Positions 56,245-64,000 are shown, numbered from the stretch's first letter. The stretch is DNA of 64,000 nt from Opitutia bacterium Tous-C4FEB (GCA_002304445.1 NEVA01000008.1:53657-117656), one strand, 5' to 3'. Program-made: numbers and translations. The notes: generated by a model from the sequence alone, not told the origin.

Positions 56245-56541
56245 CTACTCCAGCCGCTCGCGCCAGTAATCGGGCCGGCGTTTGAAGTGAGCTACGGCGA
56301 GGAGCATAATCCGATCCGGCCGCTACACGTAGATCAGCGCATACGGAAATTCACGATTAAAGTGTCGTCGCGTGCCGTGGCGCCAAGGGCGCTGGAGTTG
56401 TGGCGCGGCTTCGATTTCAGCGACCAATCGGAGAACTGTGTCGTAAAAACGATCCCCCAATCCTGGGACTATTCCAGCGTAGGAGGCCACAGCCTCCGCA
56501 AACTCGTCGTCGGCCTGCGGGTGGAAGATCGTAGGTTTCAC
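56245..56541 (-). pseudogene. ParE/RelE-family toxin interrupted by an in-frame TAG
   Basis: The 72-aa ORF ends ...RHFNREFPYALIYV at TAG (56323-56325). The same frame continues RPDRIMLLAVAHFKRRPDYWRERLE to TAG at 56245-56247. Together these restore a full-length ParE/RelE C-terminus. Confidence 0.65.
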
Positions 56542-56771
56542 CGACCGAGAATCTGCCGAGCGCGGGCAAATACTTGTTCGGCGGGTACGCCTTGCACCCG
56601 ACCACTGTCGAGTTCTTCGATGCGGCGTTTCACTTCATCGGACCACGCATCTTCGACGGATGAATCGGGGGCTATGGGCGCGAGGCGGGTTTCCAGCCAC
56701 GCTGCGACTTCTTGCAACTGCTCGGGGGGGAGTTTTTCCAAAGCGGCCTCGATTTCGGTCACGGTGCTCAT
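56538..56771 (-). CDS. Type II antitoxin (putative addiction-module component family)
   Basis: MSTVTEIEAALEKLPPEQLQEVAAWL...DAWSDEVKRRIEELDSGRVQGVPAEQV. Its stop overlaps the toxin ATG (ATGA). Confidence 0.65.
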   Translation of the reverse strand: MSTVTEIEAALEKLPPEQLQEVAAWLETRLAPIAPDSSVEDAWSDEVKRRIEELDSGRVQGVPAEQVFARARQILGR

Positions 56772-56841
56772 GGCGGGAAACGTGGCGAAGTTGAAGTAGA
56801 GGGCAAGGCTGCGGGCGGGGCGGGTTCAGGAACGCGAACGC

Positions 56842-56881
56842 CTATGCGACTGCGGAGCCCGACCAACGGTCGGGCCTACAG
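56842..56881. repeat. REP-like hairpin element (second copy)
   Basis: CTATGCGACTGCGGAGCCCGACCAACGGTCGGGCCTACAG. The hairpin is CCCGACC/aac/GGTCGGG. 20 of 21 positions are identical to 26777-26797. Confidence 0.6.
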
Positions 56882-56891
56882 CAAAGCGCAT

Positions 56892-57941
56892 TTAGCCGCG
56901 ATTTGGTGCCGGGATTTTTTCCGGGCTCACGCCGCCGCGGACGGCGACCAAGGCGCAGACTTTGGGGACGTAGAGGCGGGTCTCGGCAGGGAGCGCGGAC
57001 GCGATGCCGGCGTAGGTTTTGGTGGAGGTTTTTTCCAACAAACGGGTGACGCGGCCAGCGCCGGCGTTGTAGGCGGCGAGCGCGAGGGGCCATGAGCCGA
57101 ATTTTTCGTAGTTCACGCGGAGGAGACGGGCGGCGGCGCGGGCGGATTTTTCGGGGTCGGTGCGGTCGTCGGGCAAGAACGTGCTCAGGCCGAGGCCGCG
57201 GGCGGTTTCGGGCATGAGTTGATAGAGGCCGCGCGCGCCGACGGGGCTGCGGGCGCTGGGGTTGAAGGTGGACTCGGCTTCGGCGAGCCAGACGAGTTCG
57301 GGCGGAACGCCTTCGGCGATGAACGCGGTGCGAAGGACGGGAAGCAGGGCGGCGGAGCGACCGGGCGCGGCTGATGAACGGGCGCGGGCGAGGAAGAGGT
57401 CGTAGTGGGGGAGGAAATTTTCGATTTTCGATTTTTGAGTTTCGATTGGGGCGGAGGGTTTTTTCGGGAGCGGGGCGGGTGACGGTGTTGGAGGTGGCGG
57501 AGCGACGGGGCCGGGCGCGGGTTTGGGCGCGACGGGTTTTTGGGCGACGATCTGTTCGGCGGCTTCGAGTTCGTCGAGGCGGGCGGTGAGCCAATCGGCG
57601 TAGTCCGCATAGTCGGGGAAAAGGCGGAGTGCGGGCAGCGCGGCGCGGGCTTGAGGGGCGTAGTCGGCGAGGGCGCTGAGGTCGTCGCCTTCGAGGGCTT
57701 GTTGGAGGCGGGCGGCGAATTCGTCCCACTGCTGGCGCGAGGGGAATTCATACCGCGCCTTGATCTCGGGCGGGGCGAGTTGGTCGAAGAGTTGTTGGCC
57801 GAGTTGGAAGAGTTCGTCGGTCGTGGGGAGCGTGGGCTCGGCGGCAGCGGGGGTGGGGACAGGCGCGGGCTGCGCGACCAGCAACGCGGGCGCGAGGGTG
57901 AGGATGATGGGGAGGAGTAGACGACGGAAGAGCGGGCGCAT
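56892..57941 (-). CDS. Secreted lytic transglycosylase (SLT domain)
   Basis: Signal MRPLFRRLLLPIILTLAPALLVA. The SLT core is LAEAESTFNPSARSPVGARGLYQLMPETA...LAAYNAGAG. Confidence 0.8.
   Translation of the reverse strand: MRPLFRRLLLPIILTLAPALLVAQPAPVPTPAAAEPTLPTTDELFQLGQQLFDQLAPPEIKARYEFPSRQQWDEFAARLQQALEGDDLSALADYAPQARAALPALRLFPDYADYADWLTARLDELEAAEQIVAQKPVAPKPAPGPVAPPPPTPSPAPLPKKPSAPIETQKSKIENFLPHYDLFLARARSSAAPGRSAALLPVLRTAFIAEGVPPELVWLAEAESTFNPSARSPVGARGLYQLMPETARGLGLSTFLPDDRTDPEKSARAAARLLRVNYEKFGSWPLALAAYNAGAGRVTRLLEKTSTKTYAGIASALPAETRLYVPKVCALVAVRGGVSPEKIPAPNRG
57417..57444 (-). repeat. Tandem heptanucleotide repeat (ATTTTCG)n, 4 units, inside the transglycosylase linker
   Basis: On the + strand the units are ATTTTCG ATTTTCG ATTTTTG AGTTTCG. 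On the coding strand they encode ..ETQKSKIENF.. within a Pro-rich linker. Confidence 0.8.
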
Positions 57942-58085
57942 AGCTCAGGGGTGGACACGCGGGACGGAGAAAAGTGCGGCGAGTTGGAGAGCTCGACGAA
58001 CGCGAGAGTGCGAAAATGGCGGTGCAGACTGGCCGGGAAAGTGGCCACCGGCTCCGCAAAAGAAGAGACCGCGCCGGCCGAGCAT

Positions 58086-58136
58086 AATTCCCGGAAAATT
58101 TGTCACCGATTGAGTGACAAACGTTTTTCGGGAATT
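58086..58136 (-). terminator. Long imperfect hairpin between fic and the transglycosylase gene (possible fic terminator or other RNA/DNA structure)
   Basis: AATTCCCGGAAAATTTGTCAC / cgattga / GTGACAAACGTTTTTCGGGAATT gives an arm of about 21 bp with a 2-nt bulge. There is no clean downstream U-tract. Confidence 0.35.
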
Positions 58137-58162
58137 CGTCGCTCGCGGCTGTTCGCCTGCGA

Positions 58163-59173
58163 TCAGGCGAGGAGGTAGCGGCCGTTTTTGCGGGTGCCGA
58201 CGCGGCGGATGAGCTTCGTCTTTAAAAGCGGGGCGAGGATGTGGGCGGCGCCCTGTTTGGTGACGGCGAGCGCCGCCCAGAGCTCGGCGGGGGCGAGGCC
58301 CTCGTGGTGGTCACGGAGGAGACCGAGAAGTTTTTCTTGGCTGGGGCGGAGGACGGTTTTTTTTGGGCCGGATTTGGCGGCGAGTTGTTGCACGCGCAGC
58401 CAGACGCGCTCGAGAGTCGTGCGCACGCCTTCGGTGGTGTAGCCGAGCCACGCGGTGAGGTCGCCGCCGGCCCCGGGCACGGCGGCTAGGCCGGCGTAGT
58501 AGCGCGTACGGTCTTCGCCGTAGAACTCGTCGATGGAGAAGATGCGGTGCGTGTCGAAACCGCGGCGGTAGAGTTCCCAGAGCGCGAGCATGCGGCCGGC
58601 GCGGCCGTTGCCGTCGGCGAAGGGGTGGATGTCCTCGAACTGGTAGTGGAGGATCGCGGAGGTAAGCACGGGCGACCACTCGGCGCTGGGGCCGTTCCAC
58701 CAGGCGAGGAGCTCGCGCATGAAGCCGGAGACCAGGTCGGGGGCGGGCGGCAGGTGATTGCCGACGCGCACGGCGATGGTGCGGTAGCGGCCGGCCTCGC
58801 CCTGGTCCATGACGCCGTCGGCCAGCAGTTGGTGCAGGCGGAAGATATCCTCGTGGGTGACGGGCTTGGGCTGCTTTGCGCGTTTCTCGACCCAGCGGAG
58901 ACTGGCGAAGTAGTTGAGGACCTCGCGCCGGGCGCGCTCGGTGTGGTCGGGCAGCGGGGCGCCGCCCTCGAGCGCACGGACCTCGGCCAAAGTGAGGGGG
59001 TTGCCCTCGATGGCGGTGGAGGCGTGGGCGCCGCGCTGGCGGCTGTCCTGCTGGAGGCGGGGCGTCCAGGTGACCTGGATGGCGGCGGTGGCGATCTTGG
59101 CCTTCAGGTCGGCAATGGTCTCCAACTCCCGCAGGAGGCGGGCGGTGACGGTGAACTGGGGAGCGAAGGCCAT
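58163..59173 (-). CDS. fic: Fic-family protein with an N-terminal inhibitory helix and a C-terminal winged-helix domain
   Basis: Fic motif HPFADGNGRAGR. Inhibitory (S/T)xxxE(G/N) motif in ASTAIEGNPL. The C-terminus ...LAVTKQGAAHILAPLLKTKLIRRVGTRKNGRY is wHTH-like. Confidence 0.85.
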   Translation of the reverse strand: MAFAPQFTVTARLLRELETIADLKAKIATAAIQVTWTPRLQQDSRQRGAHASTAIEGNPLTLAEVRALEGGAPLPDHTERARREVLNYFASLRWVEKRAKQPKPVTHEDIFRLHQLLADGVMDQGEAGRYRTIAVRVGNHLPPAPDLVSGFMRELLAWWNGPSAEWSPVLTSAILHYQFEDIHPFADGNGRAGRMLALWELYRRGFDTHRIFSIDEFYGEDRTRYYAGLAAVPGAGGDLTAWLGYTTEGVRTTLERVWLRVQQLAAKSGPKKTVLRPSQEKLLGLLRDHHEGLAPAELWAALAVTKQGAAHILAPLLKTKLIRRVGTRKNGRYLLA

Positions 59174-59191
59174 AGTGGCGTAAGACCAGTG

Positions 59192-59252
59192 TGAGTCTAG
59201 TGATGAGTCAAGGGTGATGCCGTAGTAAGTCTAGCCTGAGTCTAGCGATGAG
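59192..59252 (-). promoter_or_regulatory. Direct 16-nt repeats in the fic promoter region (candidate operator)
   Basis: TGAGTCTAGTGATGAG (59192-59207) and TGAGTCTAGCGATGAG (59237-59252) match at 15 of 16 positions. There is also a partial copy TAAGTCTAG (59226-59234). On the fic strand a TTGACT hexamer overlaps the proximal repeat. Confidence 0.5.
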
Positions 59253-59350
59253 ACCAGAGGCTGGGGCGCAGGGGAATCGAGGCGGGCAAGGTGGTGCCGG
59301 TTTACCGTTTGACCCTCGGAGGGGCGTGTTTACTTAGACCCCTCCTACGG

Positions 59351-60772
59351 ATGAACCGGGTCCACATCAAAACCTACGGGTGCCAGATGAACGAGCGCGA
59401 CAGCGAGGCGGTCGCGGCGATGTTGCGTGCCCGGGGCTATCGAATCGTGGCGAGCGAACACGATTGCGATGTGCTGCTGCTCAACACCTGCAGCGTCCGT
59501 GACGCCGCCGAGCAAAAGGCCATCGGCAAGGCCGCCAACATCGCGCATCGCAAGCGTCACCAGCCCGACTTCGTGCTCGGGATCCTCGGCTGCATGGCGC
59601 AGAACCGTGGGGCCGAGCTCTTGGACAAGTTGCCCGACGTCGACCTGATCGTGGGCACGCAAAAATTTCACCAAGTGCCGGAGTATCTGGAAAACATCCG
59701 GGCGGCGCGGGCGGCGGGGGTGCCGTTGGCGACGAGCATCGTGGATATCGCGGAGGAAGCCGGCTCGCAGAACACGATTCGCGATCATGTGCTGTCGCAG
59801 GATGTGGCGGCGGAGAGCCATGCGGCCGGAGGGGCGGAAAACGCCGGCGTGGACGTGCCGCCGCAGATCAGTGCTTTTGTTTCCATTCAGCAGGGCTGCA
59901 ATATGGACTGCGCGTTCTGCATCGTCCCGAAAACGCGCGGCGACGAGCGTTCGCGGCCGATGGAAGACATCGTCGCGGAGTGTCGGGCGTTGGCCCATCG
60001 CGGCGTGCGCGAGATCACGCTTCTCGGCCAGATCGTCACGAGTTACGGCCGGCGCGACTACGCGCACACCGACGGGATTTCGCCTTTCGTGCAATTGTTG
60101 GAACGCGTGAGTGCCATCGACGGGATCGAACGGATTCGGTTCACCTCGCCGCATCCGCGCGGCTTCAAGCAGGACCTCGTGGACGCCTACGGCCGGCTAC
60201 CGAAGCTCTGCGGCTACGTGCACCTGCCCATGCAGTCCGGCAGTGAACGCATCTTGCGGGCGATGAATCGGCCTTACACCCGCGAGCGTTATTTCGAGAT
60301 CGTGGAGGCGCTGCGCGCGGTGCGGCCGGACATGTATTTTTCGACGGACATCATCGTGGGTTTTCCGGGTGAGACGGACGAGGAGTTCGAGCAGACCCGC
60401 GAACTGTTTGAACGGTGCAACTACGACATGGCGTATGTCTTCAAGTATTCGATCCGCAGCGGCACACCGGCGGCGGAGATGGGCGACCAGATTCCCGATG
60501 AGGTAAAGGAGGCGCGCAACGCCACGCTGCTGGGCCTGCTCCAGCAAAACTCCGTGCGTCGCAACGCCACCCTCGTTGGCACGGTCGAAGAGGTCCTCGT
60601 CGAGGGACCGGACAAGACGGGCAAGAAATTCACCGGCCGCACCCGCGGCAACCGCGTCTGCATCTTCGACGCCAACCCCCGCCTCATTGGCCAGCTCGTG
60701 TCGCTCAAGATCGACCGCGCGAGCGTGAGCACGCTTTACGGCGAGCTCGTCCTTGCCGGCGTCGAAGCCTAA
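59351..60772 (+). CDS. miaB: tRNA-2-methylthio-N6-dimethylallyladenosine synthase MiaB
   Basis: MNRVHIKTYGCQMNERDSE...LLNTCSVR (UPF0004 Cys), IQQGCNMDCAFCIVP (radical SAM) and a TRAM-like C-terminus. Confidence 0.9.
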   Translation: MNRVHIKTYGCQMNERDSEAVAAMLRARGYRIVASEHDCDVLLLNTCSVRDAAEQKAIGKAANIAHRKRHQPDFVLGILGCMAQNRGAELLDKLPDVDLIVGTQKFHQVPEYLENIRAARAAGVPLATSIVDIAEEAGSQNTIRDHVLSQDVAAESHAAGGAENAGVDVPPQISAFVSIQQGCNMDCAFCIVPKTRGDERSRPMEDIVAECRALAHRGVREITLLGQIVTSYGRRDYAHTDGISPFVQLLERVSAIDGIERIRFTSPHPRGFKQDLVDAYGRLPKLCGYVHLPMQSGSERILRAMNRPYTRERYFEIVEALRAVRPDMYFSTDIIVGFPGETDEEFEQTRELFERCNYDMAYVFKYSIRSGTPAAEMGDQIPDEVKEARNATLLGLLQQNSVRRNATLVGTVEEVLVEGPDKTGKKFTGRTRGNRVCIFDANPRLIGQLVSLKIDRASVSTLYGELVLAGVEA

Positions 60773-60798
60773 CTATCTTCCTCTTCGTTTTTCCAATC

Positions 60799-61338
60799 AT
60801 GTCACTCACCGTTGCCACGCTTATCCCCGGCCTGATTTTGCTCACTCTCGGTGTGCCGCTGTTGTTGGGAAACTCACTGGTCGGCGCGGCGCTGAAATCG
60901 TTTCCCCGGTCCACGGCGGCGGCGTATGTCTTCTTTGGTGCCGGAGCGGCGTGGTTCCTCTATAACATCTGGCACCTTTCGATGGCCGACATGGGTGAAT
61001 ACCGAAACATCCTCTTCGGTGGGTTTCTCATCGTCGCGGTGGCGGCGTTCAAATGCGTCCCGGATTTTCTCTCCGTGCGCGGACTTTGCGCACTGATGTT
61101 GCTGGCCGCGACGCCCTTGCTCGATGCCGCCTACATGGAGTGGGCCAAGCCTCAACGACTGCTGATGGTGAGCGTAGTCTACGTCGGGATCGCGGCGGCC
61201 ATTTGGCTCGGAGCCCAGCCGTGGCGAATGCGCGACTGGCTGAACTGGCTCTTCATCGTGCCCGGTCGCGCCAAGATTGCCGGCGGTATCGCCGCAGGCT
61301 ATGGCCTGTTGCTCTGCGGCGTCGCCTTCACCTATTGA
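60799..61338 (+). CDS. Polytopic membrane protein, unknown function
   Basis: 179 aa with about 5 hydrophobic helices. It lies between miaB and gmk on the same strand. Confidence 0.5.
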   Translation: MSLTVATLIPGLILLTLGVPLLLGNSLVGAALKSFPRSTAAAYVFFGAGAAWFLYNIWHLSMADMGEYRNILFGGFLIVAVAAFKCVPDFLSVRGLCALMLLAATPLLDAAYMEWAKPQRLLMVSVVYVGIAAAIWLGAQPWRMRDWLNWLFIVPGRAKIAGGIAAGYGLLLCGVAFTY

Positions 61339-61344
61339 ACGGCG

Positions 61345-61968
61345 ATGTCGGCTGCAACTCCCCCGCCTCTCCCCGCCAACCCGCCGCCCGTGCTGCTCGT
61401 GCTCGCGGGCCCGGCCGGCTCCGGTAAAAGCACCCTCTGCGAGCGGATCGTGCGCGAAGTGCCGGGCTTTGTCCGCGTCATCACGACAACGACCCGCGCG
61501 CCGCGGCCGGGCGAAATCAACGGGGTTCACTATCATTTTCTCACCCCGGAGCAATTCGACGCCAAGATCGCGGCCGACGAGTTTCTCGAATGGGCCTGGG
61601 TCCACGGGGAGCGCCGTTACGGGACGTTGGCCGCAAGCGTCCTCGAGCCGCTGAAACGCGGACAAAGTCTCGCGATCAACCTCGACGTGCAAGGTGTGGC
61701 GAGCCTGCGCGAAGCGGCGGAGCACTCGATTGTTCTGCAACGGGCGATGGCCACGATTTTCATTTTGCTCGATCATGAGCAACTCGTCGCCCGCATCCGC
61801 GACCGCGGCCAAGACGACGACGCCGAGATCGCGCGGCGCATGGCGACGGCCGAGGCGGAGCTGCTCGAGGCGCCGAAATTTGAATTCGTGATCAACAGCG
61901 GCACGCGCGAGGAAGATTTTGCGGCGTTGCTGAAGATTCTCGCGACGGCGCGGGCGCGCGCGGCCTAG
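61345..61968 (+). CDS. gmk: Guanylate kinase
   Basis: LVLAGPAGSGKSTL (P-loop), TTTTRAPRPGEINGVHYHF, EFLEWAWVHGERRYGT. Confidence 0.9.
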   Translation: MSAATPPPLPANPPPVLLVLAGPAGSGKSTLCERIVREVPGFVRVITTTTRAPRPGEINGVHYHFLTPEQFDAKIAADEFLEWAWVHGERRYGTLAASVLEPLKRGQSLAINLDVQGVASLREAAEHSIVLQRAMATIFILLDHEQLVARIRDRGQDDDAEIARRMATAEAELLEAPKFEFVINSGTREEDFAALLKILATARARAA

Positions 61969-61997
61969 GACTTGACACGTTTTCGTGTCGGACAAAC

Positions 61998-62228
61998 GTG
62001 TCCGACGTGACGACCACTCTCCGAGAATTTAGCCGGAATCTCGCTCGCCACCGCAAGGCAGCCGCAGGCGGTCAGGAGGTTTTGGTGCGGGATGCGAGTG
62101 GCGGCGTCTACGTTTTCAAGCGCGTAGACCCTGAGCAAAAATCGATGACTGACCTCGTCGGGCATCTCGCCGGCAGCGTGAAGACGGGGCGAAAAATCAA
62201 GACGTTGGCCGGCTATGGCCGCGTCTAA
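61998..62228 (+). CDS. Type II antitoxin (VapB/Phd-like)
   Basis: 76 aa from a GTG start: MSDVTTTLREFSRNLARHRKAAAGGQEVLV... It overlaps the PIN gene by 14 nt. It is preceded by TTGACA (61972-61977) and two short inverted repeats. Confidence 0.6.
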   Translation: MSDVTTTLREFSRNLARHRKAAAGGQEVLVRDASGGVYVFKRVDPEQKSMTDLVGHLAGSVKTGRKIKTLAGYGRV

Positions 62229-62631
62229 CGGCATCTTGCTCGATACCGGGCCTCTCGTCGGATTTTTGGACGCGAGTGATCAGTGGCACACGTGGTCGGT
62301 GGCGCGTTTTGGAGAACTTCCGGGTCCGATGGTAACATGCGAGGCCGTAGTATCGGAGGCGGTCTTTTTGTTGGGCGGTGGCGCCGCTGCGGCGCGGATT
62401 TTTGAAATGATAGAACTGGGTGCGCTCGAGGTCGTGCCGTTGTTGCCGAAGGAGGCCGGAAGAATCCGCGCATTTATGACCCGCTATGACGGTCGTACCC
62501 AATTGGCCGACGCCTGCTTGGTCCGCCTGAGCGAACTGCATCCGCGATGCCGCGTGCTGACGACCGATGGGCGGGATTTTGGAGTCTATCGGCGGAATCG
62601 CAACGAGTCGATTCCTCTCATCGCTCCGTAA
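62215..62631 (+). CDS. vapC: PIN-domain ribonuclease toxin VapC
   Basis: ILLDTGPLVGFLD (first acidic residue), CEAVVSEAVFLL, ADACLVRLSE, LTTDGRDF. Confidence 0.75.
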   Translation: MAASNGILLDTGPLVGFLDASDQWHTWSVARFGELPGPMVTCEAVVSEAVFLLGGGAAAARIFEMIELGALEVVPLLPKEAGRIRAFMTRYDGRTQLADACLVRLSELHPRCRVLTTDGRDFGVYRRNRNESIPLIAP

Positions 62632-62652
62632 TCACCGGTCGCCACGGGCCCC

Positions 62653-63669
62653 TCACCCGCCGATGTAGCTCATCTCGATTTTGGCGCGGGATTCGCCGGC
62701 GGCGAGCAGGCCGGCGCGTTCGTCGCTGTAACGGTCTTCGCGGCCGCGCCAGATGCGGGCGAGGTAGGTGGCGACTTCCGAATCATCGGCTCCCGCGCGG
62801 AGGCAGCCCAGCACGTCCCAGCCGAGCGAGGCGAAGAGACAGGTGAAAAGTTTGCCGTCGGCGGAGAGGCGCGCGCGGTGGCAGTCGCGGCAAAACGGCT
62901 CGGTCACGGAGCTGATCAGGCCGATCTCGCCGCGTCCGTCGGCGTAGCGGTAACGCGCGGCCACCTCACCGCGGTAGGCCGGACCGACGGGCTCGAGCGG
63001 CCATTTTTCCCCGATGCGGGCCACGAGTTCGCGGGCCGGCACGACGCGCTCGGCCGTCCAATGGTTGGTGTTGCCGACATCCATGAACTCGATGAAGCGG
63101 AGGGTATGGCCGCGGGCGCGGAAATAATCGCAGAGCTCAAGCAACTCGCCGTCGTTCACCCCGCGCTGGATCACGCAGTTGATCTTCACCGGCAAACCGA
63201 CCGCCGCCGCGGCATCGACGCCGCGCAGCACGCGGGCCACGCTGAAGCCGAGGCCGTTGAGCTTGCCCGCGGTGGTATCGTCGAGCGAATCGACGGAGAC
63301 GTTGACGCGGTCGAGACCCGCCGCGCGGAGGGCCGGCGCGAGTTTTTCGAGCAGCCAGCCGTTGGTGGTCAGCGCGACATCGCGCACCCCGAGCTCCTGC
63401 TTGAGCGCGCGAATGAGATCGGGGACATCGGGGCGCAGGAGCGGTTCACCGCCGGTGAGCCGGATTTTTTCCACACCGAGCGTCGTGAACGCCCGTGCGA
63501 TGCGGGTGAGTTCGCCGAGCGTCATCAGTTGCGGATCGCGCAAAAAGGCGTGGCCGGGACCGAAGACCTCTTTCGGCATGCAATAGGGACAGCGGAAATT
63601 GCAACGGTCCGTCACTGAGATGCGGAGATCGCGCAGCGGACGTTGGAATTGGTCGACGGGGCCGGACAT
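62653..63669 (-). CDS. moaA: GTP 3',8-cyclase MoaA (radical SAM)
   Basis: RDLRISVTDRCNFRCPYCMP, IRLTGGEPLLR, and the C-terminal CRDCHRARLSADGKLFTCLF. Trimmed to ATG 63669. Confidence 0.9.
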   Translation of the reverse strand: MSGPVDQFQRPLRDLRISVTDRCNFRCPYCMPKEVFGPGHAFLRDPQLMTLGELTRIARAFTTLGVEKIRLTGGEPLLRPDVPDLIRALKQELGVRDVALTTNGWLLEKLAPALRAAGLDRVNVSVDSLDDTTAGKLNGLGFSVARVLRGVDAAAAVGLPVKINCVIQRGVNDGELLELCDYFRARGHTLRFIEFMDVGNTNHWTAERVVPARELVARIGEKWPLEPVGPAYRGEVAARYRYADGRGEIGLISSVTEPFCRDCHRARLSADGKLFTCLFASLGWDVLGCLRAGADDSEVATYLARIWRGREDRYSDERAGLLAAGESRAKIEMSYIGG

Positions 63670-63766
63670 GGGGAAGGAGAGAATGTGGCCAACGGACCAA
63701 AGCAAAGGAAACGACGAATTTTCGTTCGCACCGCGCACCGCCGGACCGATAAACCTCACGCTTTCC

Positions 63767-64000
63767 ATGCTTACACCCGGCGAAGCCGAGCGGTTGATCC
63801 GCGAAAACATACCTCTCCTTCACCGCGAGGATTGCCCGCTCGCGTCGGCCCATGGCCGCATTTTGCGCGCCGATTTGCGCGCGGACCGCGATTTGCCGCC
63901 CTTCGACCGTGTGACGATGGACGGCTACGCGTTGCGGGCTTCGGCCCTGGCGGCCGGCACGCGGACCTTTCGCGTCGAAGGCGTGCAAGCGGCCGGCATG
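63767..64000 (+). CDS. moeA: Molybdopterin molybdenumtransferase MoeA, N-terminal part (runs off the right edge)
   Basis: MLTPGEAERLIRENIPLL...ASAHGRILRADLRADRDLPPFDRVTMDGYALRA is the typical MoeA N-terminus. Confidence 0.8.
   Translation, partial: MLTPGEAERLIRENIPLLHREDCPLASAHGRILRADLRADRDLPPFDRVTMDGYALRASALAAGTRTFRVEGVQAAGM

Noticed and set aside
1-64000. A window-wide search for CRISPR arrays, rRNA/tRNA genes, IS elements, integrases or prophage genes. I also looked at homopolymer tracts: T8 at about 19325, A/T8 at about 58357 in fic, and C7 at about 56724 in the antitoxin.
   Set aside because: I found no spaced direct-repeat arrays, rRNA signatures, cloverleaf-compatible sequences or transposase/integrase motifs. 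The homopolymers are short (8 nt or less) and in-frame within intact ORFs, so phase variation is not supported.

Overview
This is a 64-kb, densely coding, high-G+C bacterial chromosomal segment. Most 60-nt lines I hand-counted are about 62-72% G+C. I support about 65 CDS on both strands. I saw no rRNA, tRNA, CRISPR array, transposase or integrase. The gene repertoire (ThuA, a GMC oxidoreductase with twin-arginine partners, several xylose-isomerase-like TIM barrels, Sel1 and DUF2934 proteins) is reminiscent of PVC-group (Verrucomicrobiota-like) bacteria, but the taxon cannot be proven from this window.

Recognisable housekeeping genes:
- Replication, repair, RNA modification and nucleotide metabolism: dnaN, recA, rnd, an AlkD-like repair gene, rlmN, miaB, gmk.
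- Metabolism: gltB-gltD, pdxH, a class I DAHP synthase, pssA, moaA, moeA (5' part), NDH-2, a PHP histidinol phosphatase.
- Queuosine: queC (5' part) and a YhhQ-type precursor transporter.
- Other: sixA, an AbgT transporter.

Accessory content includes sugar-oxidation/isomerase genes, three toxin-antitoxin-type loci (one toxin carries an in-frame amber stop) and a Fic protein.

Many long track ORFs are GC-driven shadow ORFs antisense to real genes. Several track ORFs carry spurious N-terminal extensions, which I trimmed to internal ATGs with signal peptides or conserved N-termini.

Most interesting observations:
1. An orphan 466-aa protein (28549-29949, minus strand) shows by eye the three catalytic motifs of archaeo-eukaryotic primases plus a PriL-like Cys-cluster tail. 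It is translationally coupled to an endonuclease-IV/xylose-isomerase-fold TIM barrel.
2. Tandem heptanucleotide repeats (CTCAACT)n occur in the gltB-gltD spacer and as an in-frame insertion inside rlmN. A different heptamer array sits inside a lytic transglycosylase gene.
3. There is a REP/BIME-like palindromic element family.
4. A broad G+C trough is centred on a dnaN that has no dnaA neighbour.
5. There are candidate operator structures at the recA, fic, vapB and queC promoters.

All functional calls are by-eye motif recognition. No database search was run.
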